This document shows positions 37,637-50,291 of a DNA stretch of 64,000 nucleotides, piece after piece. The stretch comes from Hydrolagus affinis (Eukaryota). The position numbers were made by a program, and so were the translations under genes. The DNA lies in NCBI GenBank assembly GCA_012026655.1, contig JAAILG010000005.1, forward strand, positions 186,001 to 250,000, given 5' to 3'. Under the pieces are notes generated by a model that saw only the letters and a program-made list of their open reading frames with translations, was not told the origin of the DNA and did not search any database. Within the stretch, counting starts at the first letter, position 1. Every line of letters begins with the position of its first letter.

Positions 37637-38209
37637 AGCTTAAGCATGTAATCATTTAGAAAAATGTATAATCACAGGGAAAAATGTACAAGCATTTTCT
37701 TGAAATATAGTTTGTAAAGACCTAATTTATAACAGTGATTGTTTGTGTTACAGACTCTTGGCATGTAAGGTTAACAAGAACTTGCTGTTCCTTTGCCAGC
37801 CTAGTTAATCAACAGGGCCTTGTGTGCACTATGGCTGATACAGTCTGCACAACAATGCAAGCCTTTTCTAACCAACAGTGCCATTAAGATAGCGGAGCAG
37901 CCTGCTATTTAATCTGTCATTGTTCTTATTGGCAGATTTTGTTGCTGTCACTGTACCACATCAAAACATTTTTTTGCTATCAGATTATACAGCTCTACGT
38001 TGAGCTTGATTGCTCAGTCATATGACAATGCTGGCCACTATCGTAAAACTATGTTAAAAGCTCTCTGCTTGTGCATGAAGGAAACTACTGCAGCTTCAAA
38101 ACCATCAGGACAGGTGTACACACACACACACACACCACGTTACGTTTACTACCATTAGATTAGATAGAGCACTTATCGCAAGTAAAGAAGAAAAATATTT
38201 TTGTATCTG

Positions 38210-38315
38210 GAAAAGCACACACTCTCCTGGCCAGCTGCTTTTATAGTTCCCCCAGCCCGCGGTGACCAGACCTTACGAACATTAAGCAGTGAGAGGCCGA
38301 CGCGAAAGCCAATCT
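38210..38315 (-). promoter_or_regulatory. Candidate Pol II core promoter (TATA and CCAAT)
   Basis: TATAAAAG at 38245-38238 with G-rich flanks, CCAAT at 38309-38313, and a local CpG cluster. Confidence 0.45.
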
Positions 38316-38719
38316 TTAGAAAAAACGTTTTGACATATCCTGATGAGATACAGAGTAGCTTCATGTGTTTAGAATTCCATGCACCCTTTGTGAAAAGTTC
38401 TATAGATCTTTTCAAACTCCTACAAAATGATTTATAACTCTAAGTATAAATGCCTGTGGGGTTACACTTCAGGGAGAAACTTTAGGGCCATTGTATTGCA
38501 GCACACCTGCAGATACTGTATACATGGAGGTATTGGCCACAGAAATGAAAGCTTTTTGGCATAAATGTCCCTTCCCTACATCTTTGGAAACAGTTTAGCT
38601 TGTAATTGAAGTTACAGAGGCACACAAAGAGACAGTATCTCTTCTGTTGTTTGGAGCAACCTGGATTAAAAACATTTTTTTAAAATCGGGCGTAAGTATT
38701 TCAACTTCTTCGCTTACAC

Positions 38720-38780
38720 GTTGGGCGTCCTCTCGACGTGAAAGGAGCTCTATAAATGTAATTTTGTTGTTGTTGTTATT
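38720..38780 (+). mobile_element. Short L2 3'-tail copy
   Basis: ttgggcgtcctctcgacgtgaaaggagctctataaatgtaattttgttgttgttg. Confidence 0.8.
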
Positions 38781-39599
38781 ATACGCAACAACATCATGAA
38801 ATGATCCAACATTGAAAGAATAGAAAGTTAAAGATTCCCCCAAATATATTTATATGACGATTCGATTGATGTTTTTACAATTCAATGGACATTTTGAGAA
38901 TGAATGGACTTCACGAATGAGCTCAGGCTATTTTGAGTGTTTCAGCAAAAAGATCTCTCATTTAGGAGCCACAAGTATGAATCCAGATCATTTAACTAAT
39001 AACATGGTTATGGCTAACGGTCATCAGTGGTTTGAACCAGATTAAGATGTTTGTGTTAAATTAGATACAGTGTATTGGAATCAGCTGTTGAATGAGCCAT
39101 CAAAATAATGCTTCCATTAGAATTTATTTTTGCTGATTTCACCTTCTGCCTTTTGAATGTTGCAAGTTAGAAATAGTCTGTACATTCTGCGGGTAATTTT
39201 CGAATATGTGACAAATGTTACTATCTGCTTACTACAGAGCTGACTATAGTCATTTTAGCAGTAAGCATGTTTTTGATACCAGCCTGCATTCTCCAACAAT
39301 AATTTGACGCGCTGAATGATCACCACAGAAGCAGAATCACCAATTAAGCCAATCATTTAAGGGTTGATCTCATTTGAATTAGTCAGCTTTCTACACTCCA
39401 CAGTCATGTGTCCTATCCTGGCTACACTTCCAGTCTGCAAATTGACCATGTTTTTTAAAATTATCCATCATTAATCTATTTATGAACATCATATCAGGTT
39501 CTTTTATTGCTGGAAAACATTCCACCGCTTTGCTGTCTCCCCCTTCAGTGTCTTGGATGGGGGTTGATGAACAGATGTGCCTTTCTAGCTACATATAGT

Positions 39600-40025
39600 G
39601 CCAGTTTGGCTCAGCTGGTAGTACTCTCGCCTCTAGGTCAATAGGTTGTGGGCTCAAGCCTCACACCAGGAATTGAGCTCATAATCTAGGCTGACACTGC
39701 ATCACAGTCCTGCAGGAGTGTTGCATTGTTAGGCGTTCTGTTTTTCAGATGAGAATTTAACTAAATTCCCATCTGCCTATTCAATTCAACTTAAAGATCT
39801 ACAACACTATTTTTAAAGAATAGTAGCATTTCCTGGTCAATATTCTACCCTCGTCTAAATTCACTTTTTTTTAAAAAACAGATGAATGCTTGTGCGATGT
39901 TGCTGGTGCAAATTGACAGCCGTATTACACATAACAGCTCACACAACACTCAGAGTAACTCAGAATATGAAGTGTTTCAAGATGTTTAAACTGATATATC
40001 AAATGCAAGTATTAATATTATTATT
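39600..40025 (+). mobile_element. Deu-domain SINE, near full length (AmnSINE1/SacSINE1-like)
   Basis: tRNA-like head tggctcagctggtagtactctcgcctct...gggctcaagcc; Deu core gcattgttagg...ttttcagatgaga...aaagatct...cactattt; L2-type tail atatcaaatgcaagt. Confidence 0.75.
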
Positions 40026-42399
40026 TTACATCCACCATTTGACATACCTCCCGTCTGCCTCAGTGAAATGAGACTGCTGCATTCATTTTCTTTGTTATTT
40101 TCTGTGCTGTTCTAATGCTGGTAATAACACACAGCAAGTTGTACAATCAGCTGACTTGTTTCTGGCTCATTAATCTGGTTGAAGGTTTATTGCAATGCCT
40201 TTCTAATTGGATGGCTTGACTTCCCACTAGCAGTAAATTACTATGCAATATTGTGGACAAGTAGAGTTATTGCAGAATTATTGTTCAAAGTATCTTGGCC
40301 CAAAGTACTTACCAGAAAAGAACCACACGTATTGTTTGAATCCTGTCTAGTCTTGAAATATAGTTGGGTAATTGAAAGACAGTGGGTAGTTGTTACATTA
40401 GATAAATATTAATCATATATGTTGATAATGAATTTCTGGATATATATTCAGAACTATATTTGGGAATGTTTAAACGCAAGTCTTTTCCAGCGATGTAGAA
40501 TTTACGTACATTTTTGCAATTAATTTTTCTAAAATGTGTAACGGTATACCGATGACAATATAATCTATTTAAAAAAAGAACAAGCAGCTCACAATTATTA
40601 GCTAAAGATTCTGTTGGTAACTCATATTTCCAATGATATGATATTTTGTATAGTGACGAGATGCTGACCTGCGTGTAGGTGCTAAATAAATGCAAGTTGT
40701 TTTGGTGGTGGTACCTACATTCACAAACCAGATTAATTTTGCCCTGGCTTTTGAACCTCACAAGACGTGTGATTTCAAATATTGGTAAACCAGTCGTTGC
40801 AATTAACACAACAAACATGGCTTGCCAATATCAATTATTTAAATCCAGCACAGACCACATTTTAAAAAATTCTAATCTTTCTTACTTTGAAGGCTCCTGA
40901 GAAATCCTGGTCTATAACAAGTCCCAGAATGTTTCTCTGAGCTCAGCCGATGACTCCACATGAGGAGGAGTGATTGGTCCTGTCCTATTTATACTGCTGA
41001 CTCTCAGTGGGGTGCATAGCATAAAAAAATTAGCACTTTTTTTGTCGAACAAGCAACTGTACTGACCACCATGTACAAACAAAAACAATTTTCATTCCTG
41101 TCTATTTGGCAAGGCAGACGGAATGGATAAAGCGGATGTGGTAGGTGGAAGCAGCAGATGCTGCCGTCAGAACAGGGAGGATGTGGCCACAGATTTGCCC
41201 AGTAAGCATCGTTATTTTCAGATGATGTTCTGTGGTTTGTACTGCATTTTTTTTTCCCTGGTGAGATTTGACCTTTGTACATCTTTTCATTTTCTCCCTT
41301 AGCCCTTCCATTCATAAAGATCGCACAGGAGTATGGTCCTACTTTCTGATGGTTCCTCATCCAAGGATCTGCACCTCATCAGTAAGCCTAGTTAATACAC
41401 AGCGAGTATATTAACTTGTGGATTGTCATCACAAGTAAACTTGAACTTATCCAAATATGTGTCCTTTCTAGCAAGTAGGTGGTGATGGTGGTGTGGGGGG
41501 TTGGGGTGGAAGGAAGTGTCATTGAATAATAATCAAAGAGGACAATGTTGCATTTTCCCTCTCCCAATCCAGAGGTGGTGACACTAAGTTTCGCATCCTA
41601 TCATTATCCTTGCCTCAGCGCAGAATCAAACATGGAATCATCCAAGTCTCTGTAGGGTTCAGTTTCACATCAAGCAATGGTTTTACCATTGGAAGAGTTC
41701 AGCATTTCATTCATCTTCATGATTTTCTTTGATTGTCTTGTTATAGCAACTTAGGTATAAGAAATGTCCGATTCATTTCATTCCTCTCCTCCACCAAAGT
41801 GAGAGGCTTGCACAGCTTGATGGGGGTGACAGAACTCGCCTAGAATCCATTAGTAAAGCATATCAGCAGCATGGGATCCCCTAAATCCATCAACCAAGAA
41901 TGTGACCAGTTAACAATAAGATTCCAAGATGGGACAATCAAACAAAAATACAGTAAATATCAGTTAAATCGTAATATGTTAATCCGATTATATTAAAAGG
42001 TTCTTCAGTTTATTTTAACAAAAAAAATTGAAATCTGGAAAAGATCTAAGTCGCATTTCTGAACAGAGACAGTGCTATTTGCCAGCATTATTCCTCCACC
42101 CTCACTAAACTTTTTCAGGCATTGATCCAGATAGATCAGTTACCAAATCTGTCAAAATCTCCACTGAACTGTCATTCTGTTGAAGTACAGACCACAAGAA
42201 AAATGCACTGATCCACATGAACCCATGGCAGAAGCATCTGGTCTGTCAGCAAAATGATGGTGAATTCGTGACTAATGGCATCTGCATTTTTTTCAGGACT
42301 ATTAGTATATTAGGATATGATTCTGTGTGTGGTCTCGTAAAATAACATTTGGCTGAAAAGAACGCAAAGATTCTAGTAGAGATTAAAGTGTAATAATTC

Positions 42400-42900
42400 C
42401 CCTGATAGTTCAGTTAGCGAAGCTGCCGTATGCACACCCAAAAGGTCCCGGGTTCAATTCCTGATCTGCACTAAATTAATTGATTTGAGTGGGGACAGCT
42501 TTCGGTACACTGTAATTGTTTTCAGTGCCCCTTGGTCTGGTGAAAAGAAAAATCCTGCGCAACTGTACCCTAGGATGAGCAAACACCTCAGGAAACCGGA
42601 AGGGCTGGGGCAGGGGAGAAAAAATAAACATAGTACTGTACTGACTTTACAGAAATCTCTTAATACTGGTCAACATGAGGCTCAGCACTGGGTTAGGGAG
42701 GCAAAAGTTCAGACAGGTTCAGATTACTATCCAGCAAACCTTATTTGAAAGTGCATGTGTAAGTGTGTTAATGGACGTGATTGAGCTCTGATGCTATGTC
42801 CTTCCCAGTGGAATAACCCCTGATGCATGAATGCTAACCACTTGGATGAGGTGTTGGGAGAGGAACCGTTGGCCGTGGAACTATGTCCCAAAATACAAGG
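42400..42900 (+). mobile_element. AmnSINE2-like old SINE, interrupted
   Basis: aaggtcccgggttcaattcctgatctgcact...tgtaattg...cagtgcccc, resuming at gggttagggaggcaaaa...gtgcatgtgt...ccacttggatgaggt...gtggaact. Confidence 0.55.
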
Positions 42901-43639
42901 GGGGAAAGAAGTTGGATTGGGAATGTGCAAATCGAACATTCCTGATCTTGGTTCCTACTTCCAGAACTTCAGTATCTCCATAGTGAGCGACACTGGAAAG
43001 ATCATTTCTACAGAAAACAGGTGGAATCCTTTAGCTCCCACCTATGTGTCGGAAAACATTTTATTTCGCAGAATTTGTGAGGAAGTGCTACTTTCAATGG
43101 ACCTGTTGCGTGACTGTGAAACACATTAAAACCTCTGATCAGTACACTCTAAGAATGGCAAAATAGAACAGCACATGTTGCAATGGTATGAGTGCAAAAC
43201 GCCAATATCCTTCTGCAAAACAACTTGCTCTCAGCAGAAACAGATTGAGCTGAATTACAGACAGCATATGTCTGGTAATTGTTGCTGCTCCATTTACCAC
43301 CACTTGTTTTTGATACTTGCTAAAATAACTTATTCATTTTCAACTTCATTGTTGTTTCTCTCCCTCCATGTTTTTCACTTACAAGTAGCCATAATCTCAC
43401 ATGTGACCCTTAACAGCGAGTGTGGGCACTCACTCTGTCAACCTGTGGGGGCATTACAGATGTGACTGCTTTTGTCATTACTTGACTCCCACACACTTAG
43501 CTCCATTTGGCCCATCTAACTATCTACTTCCACAACCACGCAAAACCTACACTACCGTGAACATTACTACACCCACTCCATTTCCTGGGGGAAAAGTATT
43601 GCACAGATACTCTTTGAACCCAAAGGCAATGAAGCCAAG

Positions 43640-44110
43640 TTCCTGTATACCTTCCATCCTCACATCTTCACAATTCAGTCAACATCCTTCCCTCCCTCCA
43701 TCAACAGCATTGGCCCCCAACCCTAATCAATTTCTACAATCATATTATTCTCTTATTTTTACATTTTGTCTTATCCTTGCCAAGGTCAATTGACTACCAG
43801 TACATTAGAGCCCTTCACTGCAATCCTCAACCTCGACTCATTCAACTCTAGTCAATTGCAGGTTCCACATTCCCTTCACTCCACTGTTCAAAAAACCTTT
43901 CAAACCTTTCACCACTAGCTCCCTGTCCTCTAAAAGCTCGGCTCAAAAATATATGTCACTGCCTTGAAAACCTGCTAAAAACATATTTATTTCACTGCGT
44001 CAACATCTTTGAATGACTTGTTTCTGGATTGTTGTGCACCATTTATCAACCTCTTTGAGATGTTCTTTTACATGTAAAAGTACTGCGGAAATGTAAGCTG
44101 CTGTTGTTTT
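43640..44110 (+). mobile_element. Old L2 3' fragment
   Basis: C/T-rich body, ctgctaaaaacatatttattt, tail ctttgagatgttc...aaatgtaagctgctgttg. Confidence 0.5.
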
Positions 44111-45774
44111 GATCAAAGAGCTATGCCTTAATGTCACTGCATGGATAGATTTTAAAGCAGGGGTTCTGTAATGCTTACTATATCTACATGGGAATTAACT
44201 CAGCCTTTCAGGAATTTCAGAGGGAGCTTTACCAAAAATCATTTTTTTTGTTAGCTCAAGAAAACAAAATGTTTGTGATGAGCTGGTAAGGTGGGCACTA
44301 TTAGTTGTAGTCGCCTCTGCTTTCTTTCTACAGAGACTTTTATGCTGTTATAACTTTGATGTTTTGACCCAGCAATATACATCAGCTATATTTATTTTAT
44401 TTTTATTCTTCTTGTACAGTATCAAGAAAGGCAGAGAAGAAACTCACATGGCATATGCTCTGTCAATGTATAAACAGGGCTCCGATAGGGAAGAGTGAAA
44501 TTCAAATGTTTGGTTGGACACAAACCAAGATAATCTAGATTTCTTCCTCAAAAAATATCCCCAGGTTCTAAAACACAAGTCCTGGCGGAAATAATTTCCT
44601 TGTGGTATTTTCTGCAGGACTGAGCGATAGTAAGAAGCATTAATGAGTGCACTCCAAAAATCTATGAAGCATACAACACCTAAAATTCAATAGATTGGGT
44701 TCGAGCAAGGTCACTCTGCCCTAAGGTCAGGTCAGGTTTGGACCAAGATGCTGACAGTCTCTGACAGCCAAAACGGGAACCCAATCATTTCTGAGGAAAG
44801 ACACCACTAATGAGCCACAAGCGATCTGTGGTTCCCTGATGCAGAAGTACCAAAACAACAGAATTTATGAAGTGTGCTCTGCCTCCATCAGATTATACTC
44901 ATGCCCAGTAATGAATGGAGTTCTTGAAAATGCTGATATTTTAGCTTATGATGGTGGGTTCAAGACAATCAGGTCAGTTTTAGGCTGGTCTTGTTGATGA
45001 TGTTAGCAGGTTGAGGATATGAGGCTCAGCCAATAATGGAATGGAATAAAGAAACGTTACCACAGTTGGGTACAGATTAGTTCAGACCTCTCTTGGCAAA
45101 GACATTACTATCCGTTTTAACCATTTGAAAAGACGGCAAAATTGAAACCACAGCAGCTATAGTCAGATTGCCAAAAAGGGTGTTAAATAATATAAAGCCA
45201 TATCTGGAACAATGTACAATAACTACTCATGGAGCTAGCTTCCAACAAAAGGTCAATGATATCAGTCGAAGGGTTGAAGGCAAAGGTAAAACATTTCACC
45301 TGCAGAACATTTACAGTTCATTCAACATAATTCAATGGCTTTTGGACTCCTTCATGCTTTTTAATCAAATGCACCAGTGCTAGCGAGTTTAAATGCTTGT
45401 TACTGACACCCCAATTTTAAGGAAATCAACACTTATACTATTTGATATACTTTCACAGAGGAAAATGACATCACAATTCCAGATCAAAAACAACAATTTT
45501 CATTTATATAGCAGGCTACACTAGCCATTTGTCCATAGAACTACTATTTGTAGTATATCTTGTAATATATCTTGAGGCATAATCAACTGCAGCCAGCCTT
45601 GCATGAAGGCTTTCAAGGATATTTGAAATTATAACCCAAGTTTTGCAAATTTGCATCTACGTTTATATAATGCAGCATATTCATTTTAATGTCACCAATT
45701 TGTAGTGAAGGTATTCAGGAATCAGAGCAGAGTAAATGATTCAGACCAGAGGTGTGATTCTATGGGTTCTGTAA

Positions 45775-46025
45775 GATGTTAGGAACATATGAACAGGAGT
45801 AGACCATTCAGCTCTTTGAGCCTGTTCTGCCATTCAATCAGATGATGGCCGATCTAATCCTGTCAATTCCAATTTCCCACTTTTTCTCCATATCCGTTCA
45901 TTTCCTGACCTACCAAAAATCTATCAACCTCACTCCTGAAATTGTGGATGGATTCACAACATTTTGGGGGAGAAAGTTCCAGATTTCTATCACCGTTTAA
46001 GTGAAACAGTGCTTCCTGTTTTTAA
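45775..46025 (-). mobile_element. CR1-type LINE 3' fragment
   Basis: gaacaggagtagaccattcagctctttgagcctgttctgccattcaatcagatgatggccgatct...gaaagttccagattt. Confidence 0.75.
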
Positions 46026-47307
46026 CATAAAAAGAAAGTCAAGTGTTTCTAATGGTTTTATTTCACCTTGAATAAAGCTTGAAGCTACAAAATCACCAGC
46101 ATCATAAATTACTGCAATGTGATCTTCCTCAGCTGACCATTGAATAATTCGGAATCCTGTAGTAGCCTCAATTTATTCATTTATTAACACTTCAATTCTC
46201 ATCTCAGCATTTTGACTGGCCTACTCAACTACACAAAGCGATCATTTAAAAAACAGGGTTGAATTAATCCGCCACACAGGCTCATTGTTGCTTTCATTCC
46301 ACGTTTTACCTTGATCTTATTGATTTCATGCATCTTGTACAATTAATAGGAATCTAAGCGCTTAATTTGAATTACTGCATGGCTATTTTCTGTGTAGCAG
46401 TGCAATCTTACAGCCTACAACATGCTGTGATCAATTGGCCACTGTTCAGATGCAACATTTGATGGCATGAATTCGACCCAGTCAGAGCAGTAACTGGTTG
46501 ATGAATCATCCACATGAGCTGAACAATTGTCCACATATTAAAACAGTCTTAATTGGAATCCCCTTTGATCTAAGAGAGTTGTATAAACCTCTAGCACAGA
46601 ACGTCAGAAAAACAATTGAAGAATAATCGGCTATCCGAGTACATGTATTTTGCTGATTAATTTAAATCACAAGCTGTGGCTCAAGATTTATACTTGTTAA
46701 TACATGTGGGCATTTTGACTGTTCCACAAATTTGGCCTTTCACTTACGCTTCACATTGTTGGTAATATTGCCACATTTCAGAAAGATGACACTTTTCTTG
46801 AACAATGGAGACGTACATGGGCAATTGTGTCCAGTGTAAAATGTTATCATCAGCATCACAGATGTTGCCAGCATACCAACCATTCATTCCAAAGATTTTG
46901 CAGATTGGATATAAACAACCACAAAATTAAATTTGGATAATTCCTATGACAAAATAGTTGAGCTATCATTGAAAGATAGAAGCTTCCTTTCTGCTAGTAA
47001 TGTTTTTAAATCAATATCTTGATGTAGATGTAGATGTAGGTTGGCCAGTGTACATGTTGGGACAGAGCTGGAGTTTTAACAAAGCCAAAACCTCATCAAT
47101 TGTCAATGTGGGCACTGTCTGACAAACATTTCATTACTTATCCAGTTGGGTCACTCTACCCTTCAGAGTGAGGGCTTGCTAAGGGTTATAGGAGTCAAGT
47201 GGGGAGAATCCCTACCATTCCAGGTCCACCAATGATTCAGGTTAGCTGGTTTGTCATCGATAGCGCATTGGAGTGCTGCAGACCTGCCTGGACAAGGAAC
47301 CAACAAC

Positions 47308-47372
47308 TAACACAAACAACAAATTACACTTATAAAGCGCCTTTCACGTCGGGAGGACGTCCCAAGGCGCTG
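47308..47372 (-). mobile_element. Short L2 3'-tail copy
   Basis: Near-identical to the reverse complement of the 19800-19866 tail. Confidence 0.85.
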
Positions 47373-49004
47373 ATCATAACACCATCATAACCTCTACCCC
47401 CATCAGTCCCCACCACCACCTCCACAACATGAACATTTCAACATGTAAACGTTACAGATTTCATCCTTATCATATTTTTCTCAAAAGTGTTTTAATGATA
47501 GCCTATTAAATCACTGGAAAGTATCCAGATCTTTAAATGACACCTAATATATCTAAAAAGCCTGCGTGAATGAGATAAAACCTCACAGTCTCTCGCTGTT
47601 TCACAGGGCACAAGTATTGGTCTATTTTCAGCATCACAATAGGGCAGCACCAAAATAGCAGCACTTGTGAATTATCAAAGCTTTATCATCCCTTAATTCA
47701 AAGAAAGTTTTCAAAATCTCACAGCAAAGTTTGAAACTCATTAGAAAGCAATACCTCTATCTCATATTTGACGAGAGAGACCCTGTCACTGGCTCAGGTC
47801 CAAATATCTTCGCATAGGTAATGAAGTCAAAATGATATCCAGTCCTTGATTATCATTCTGTAACACAGAAGGCTTCACAATGTTCCCCACTTCTTAAGAA
47901 ACAAGCAAATAAACAATCAAAGAAAATACATTTTCTTAATGAATTTCCAATGGACTTTATCTCATTAGCCTTGGCTCCCTTACAAATAACAGACATACAG
48001 CAAACTTTTTGTAAACTGCTTTGAAACCAAAATCCAAGTTCCCACACTTCAGAAAACAGTGTCCATTCCAGACACATGGTCACACTTTGTATGCAACAGT
48101 TAGATGATGCAGTTCGCTAATATGTTTGAGAAAGGTAGTTAATTAAGAGTGGATACCATATCTTGCATTTTCCAGCAGTCCACCTCATCAAAGGAAAACG
48201 AGTGCATATTGAAGGAAGCAAGCAATTAAGTTGCACAAATAGTGAGCTCATTGAACTGCAGCTGACTTTTATCATGTCAAAGACCATCTAAACACAGAAG
48301 CAATAAAATGATTGTTTCCATGGTTACCACTGAGAACTGACTGCAATAAAGATGGATTGCTTCCTAAATCAATGTTACTGATTCTATGTACCCAGAAACC
48401 ATTAAAAAATATTTTTTGACATAAATGTAGCATCTAAACTATGTTGATGTCTCTTTGATGAATGTAAAATATTATTACTGTATCAGAGGTTTAACATTGG
48501 GTATTGCTTCAGTTTGGAGATTAATGTTGTCCGTGCATTCTGTACGCGACTTGGGAGCCAGTTCTGAAGTAGTCTCTGGTGGCTGGGTGCTGCTGGGATC
48601 CAAGAACAAAGACTGGGAACTTACTGCGGTACACAGAACCACATGGGGACTGCTCAGGGCTCTTTTCGTCTGTTTTTAAATCTGTAGCTTCACTACCCAG
48701 GGGTTAAATGAGCTCACTGTTTTTGCAACTTTTGTTGTAACAGAACTGAATTCACGGCAATAACATGGAATCCACGCATGTGCAAGAGGTGTACCTACCC
48801 ACCCCAATCAGGAATTGTAACTTCATTTCTAGCCATGAACTCTTCTCCAGTCTCCAGGGAAATTCTGAGCAGGTCACCAGTGATGAAACTCCACTGCTGG
48901 CCTGTGTGGGCATAAACCTGCGTGGGCGCTCAACCCTACCGCAAGCAGAAAAATAAATACAACTAACATAGGTAGTGATCATGGAAGAATCATCCTGCCT
49001 CTCC

Positions 49005-49150
49005 ATGGATAAAGGGATTAAGGGAAATCGGGATAAGGCGGGTAGGTGGAGTTAGATTAGAAGATCAGCCATGATCTTATTGAATGGCAGGACAGGCTCG
49101 AGGGGCCGAATGGCCTACTCCTGCTCCTAATTCTCATATTCTTATGATTT
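49005..49150 (+). mobile_element. CR1-type LINE 3' end
   Basis: agatcagccatgatcttattgaatggcaggacaggctcgaggggccgaatggcctactcctgctcctaattctcatattcttatg. Confidence 0.85.
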
Positions 49151-49184
49151 TGTTGCTCTAAAAATGGGATATACTGTATATAGT

Positions 49185-49293
49185 CACCTTTTTCCCGCTC
49201 CCCTTGGCTCAGGTCCAGGATCTGTTATTGTGAAGTGCTCTGAGACGCCGTCCGGCATGGAGTGCGCTTTATAAATCAAAGTTGTTGTTGTTA
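49185..49293 (+). mobile_element. L2-type 3' tail
   Basis: tgtgaagtgctctgagacg...gcgctttataaatcaaagttgttgttgtt. Confidence 0.65.
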
Positions 49294-49545
49294 TGAGTTC
49301 AGGTAAATGAGTTTCATTTACATAGCAACTCTACCATTGGTGGGAATGGTATATACACATGATATAAGTCCAGGAGACTTCATAGTATTTGCCTATTATG
49401 CTCAACAATTTGAAAGTAGCAATGGATGACGTTTTTCTCACTTCACGGCTCTCTTTATATATTTCCTACGAAATGTCACAGCAAAACATCCTATTAAGCA
49501 CCTTCAGACATTTCAAAGGTATGATAAGGCACTACATCAAATGCA

Positions 49546-49808
49546 AATAATAATAATAATCCTTGCATTTGATATAGCGCTTTTCACATCTGCTAGATGT
49601 TTCAAAGTGCTTTATAGAATATACTGTAAAGTGAACTGACTGTATATTTGTGGGTGAAATGCAGCAGCCAATTACGCACAGCAGAGTCCCACAAACAGTC
49701 GTAGATTGAGTGACCAAATTTTATTGGTTTTGTTTTGAGGGCTTATCATTAGGCTTGTGGAGTAAGGAAACTTGCCCAAGGTTTCGCCCTGCCTGGAATC
49801 GAACCCAT
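49546..49808 (-). mobile_element. tRNA-derived SINE, short variant
   Basis: Close match to 7542-7810 and 20895-21140. Confidence 0.88.
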
Positions 49809-50291
49809 CGACATAAATGTTCACATACATAAACAATGTCTGTGAGCATGGTGAATTTGTGAGAGTCCCAAACTGTTTTCAGAGAACGGTGTACTGTACA
49901 CGTCAAAAGTAGGTCACATCCTTCCGTAACAACATCCACTATAATTTTATTTCCCAACCAAACATATTTGTAATAAACTTTACAATTGTAAAGATCAGTA
50001 TAAAAACTCAAAAGTATTGTGGACCCAAGCTGAGATCAATGAACTCAGCACAAACCTGATCAAATCTTCTGACTTCTTGGTCAATATCTCACCATTATAC
50101 AAGTTATGTAATTAGCCTTTTAGGGAGCTCAACTTCAGTGTCTTACTGTATATTCAAAATAACTGGTAATAGTGTACATAAACTTCTGACTTTTTTTGCG
50201 GAGTTGATCACTGGAATCAATTAATTAAGGATCAATCCATCCTTAATCTTAATGAAAATTTTCTTTTTATTGTTCTCCGTATTCATAGAAT

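Noticed and set aside
48745-49006. Overlapping ORFs on both strands
   Set aside because: No homology recognised; the sequence looks like a decayed non-autonomous DNA element beside a CR1 tail.
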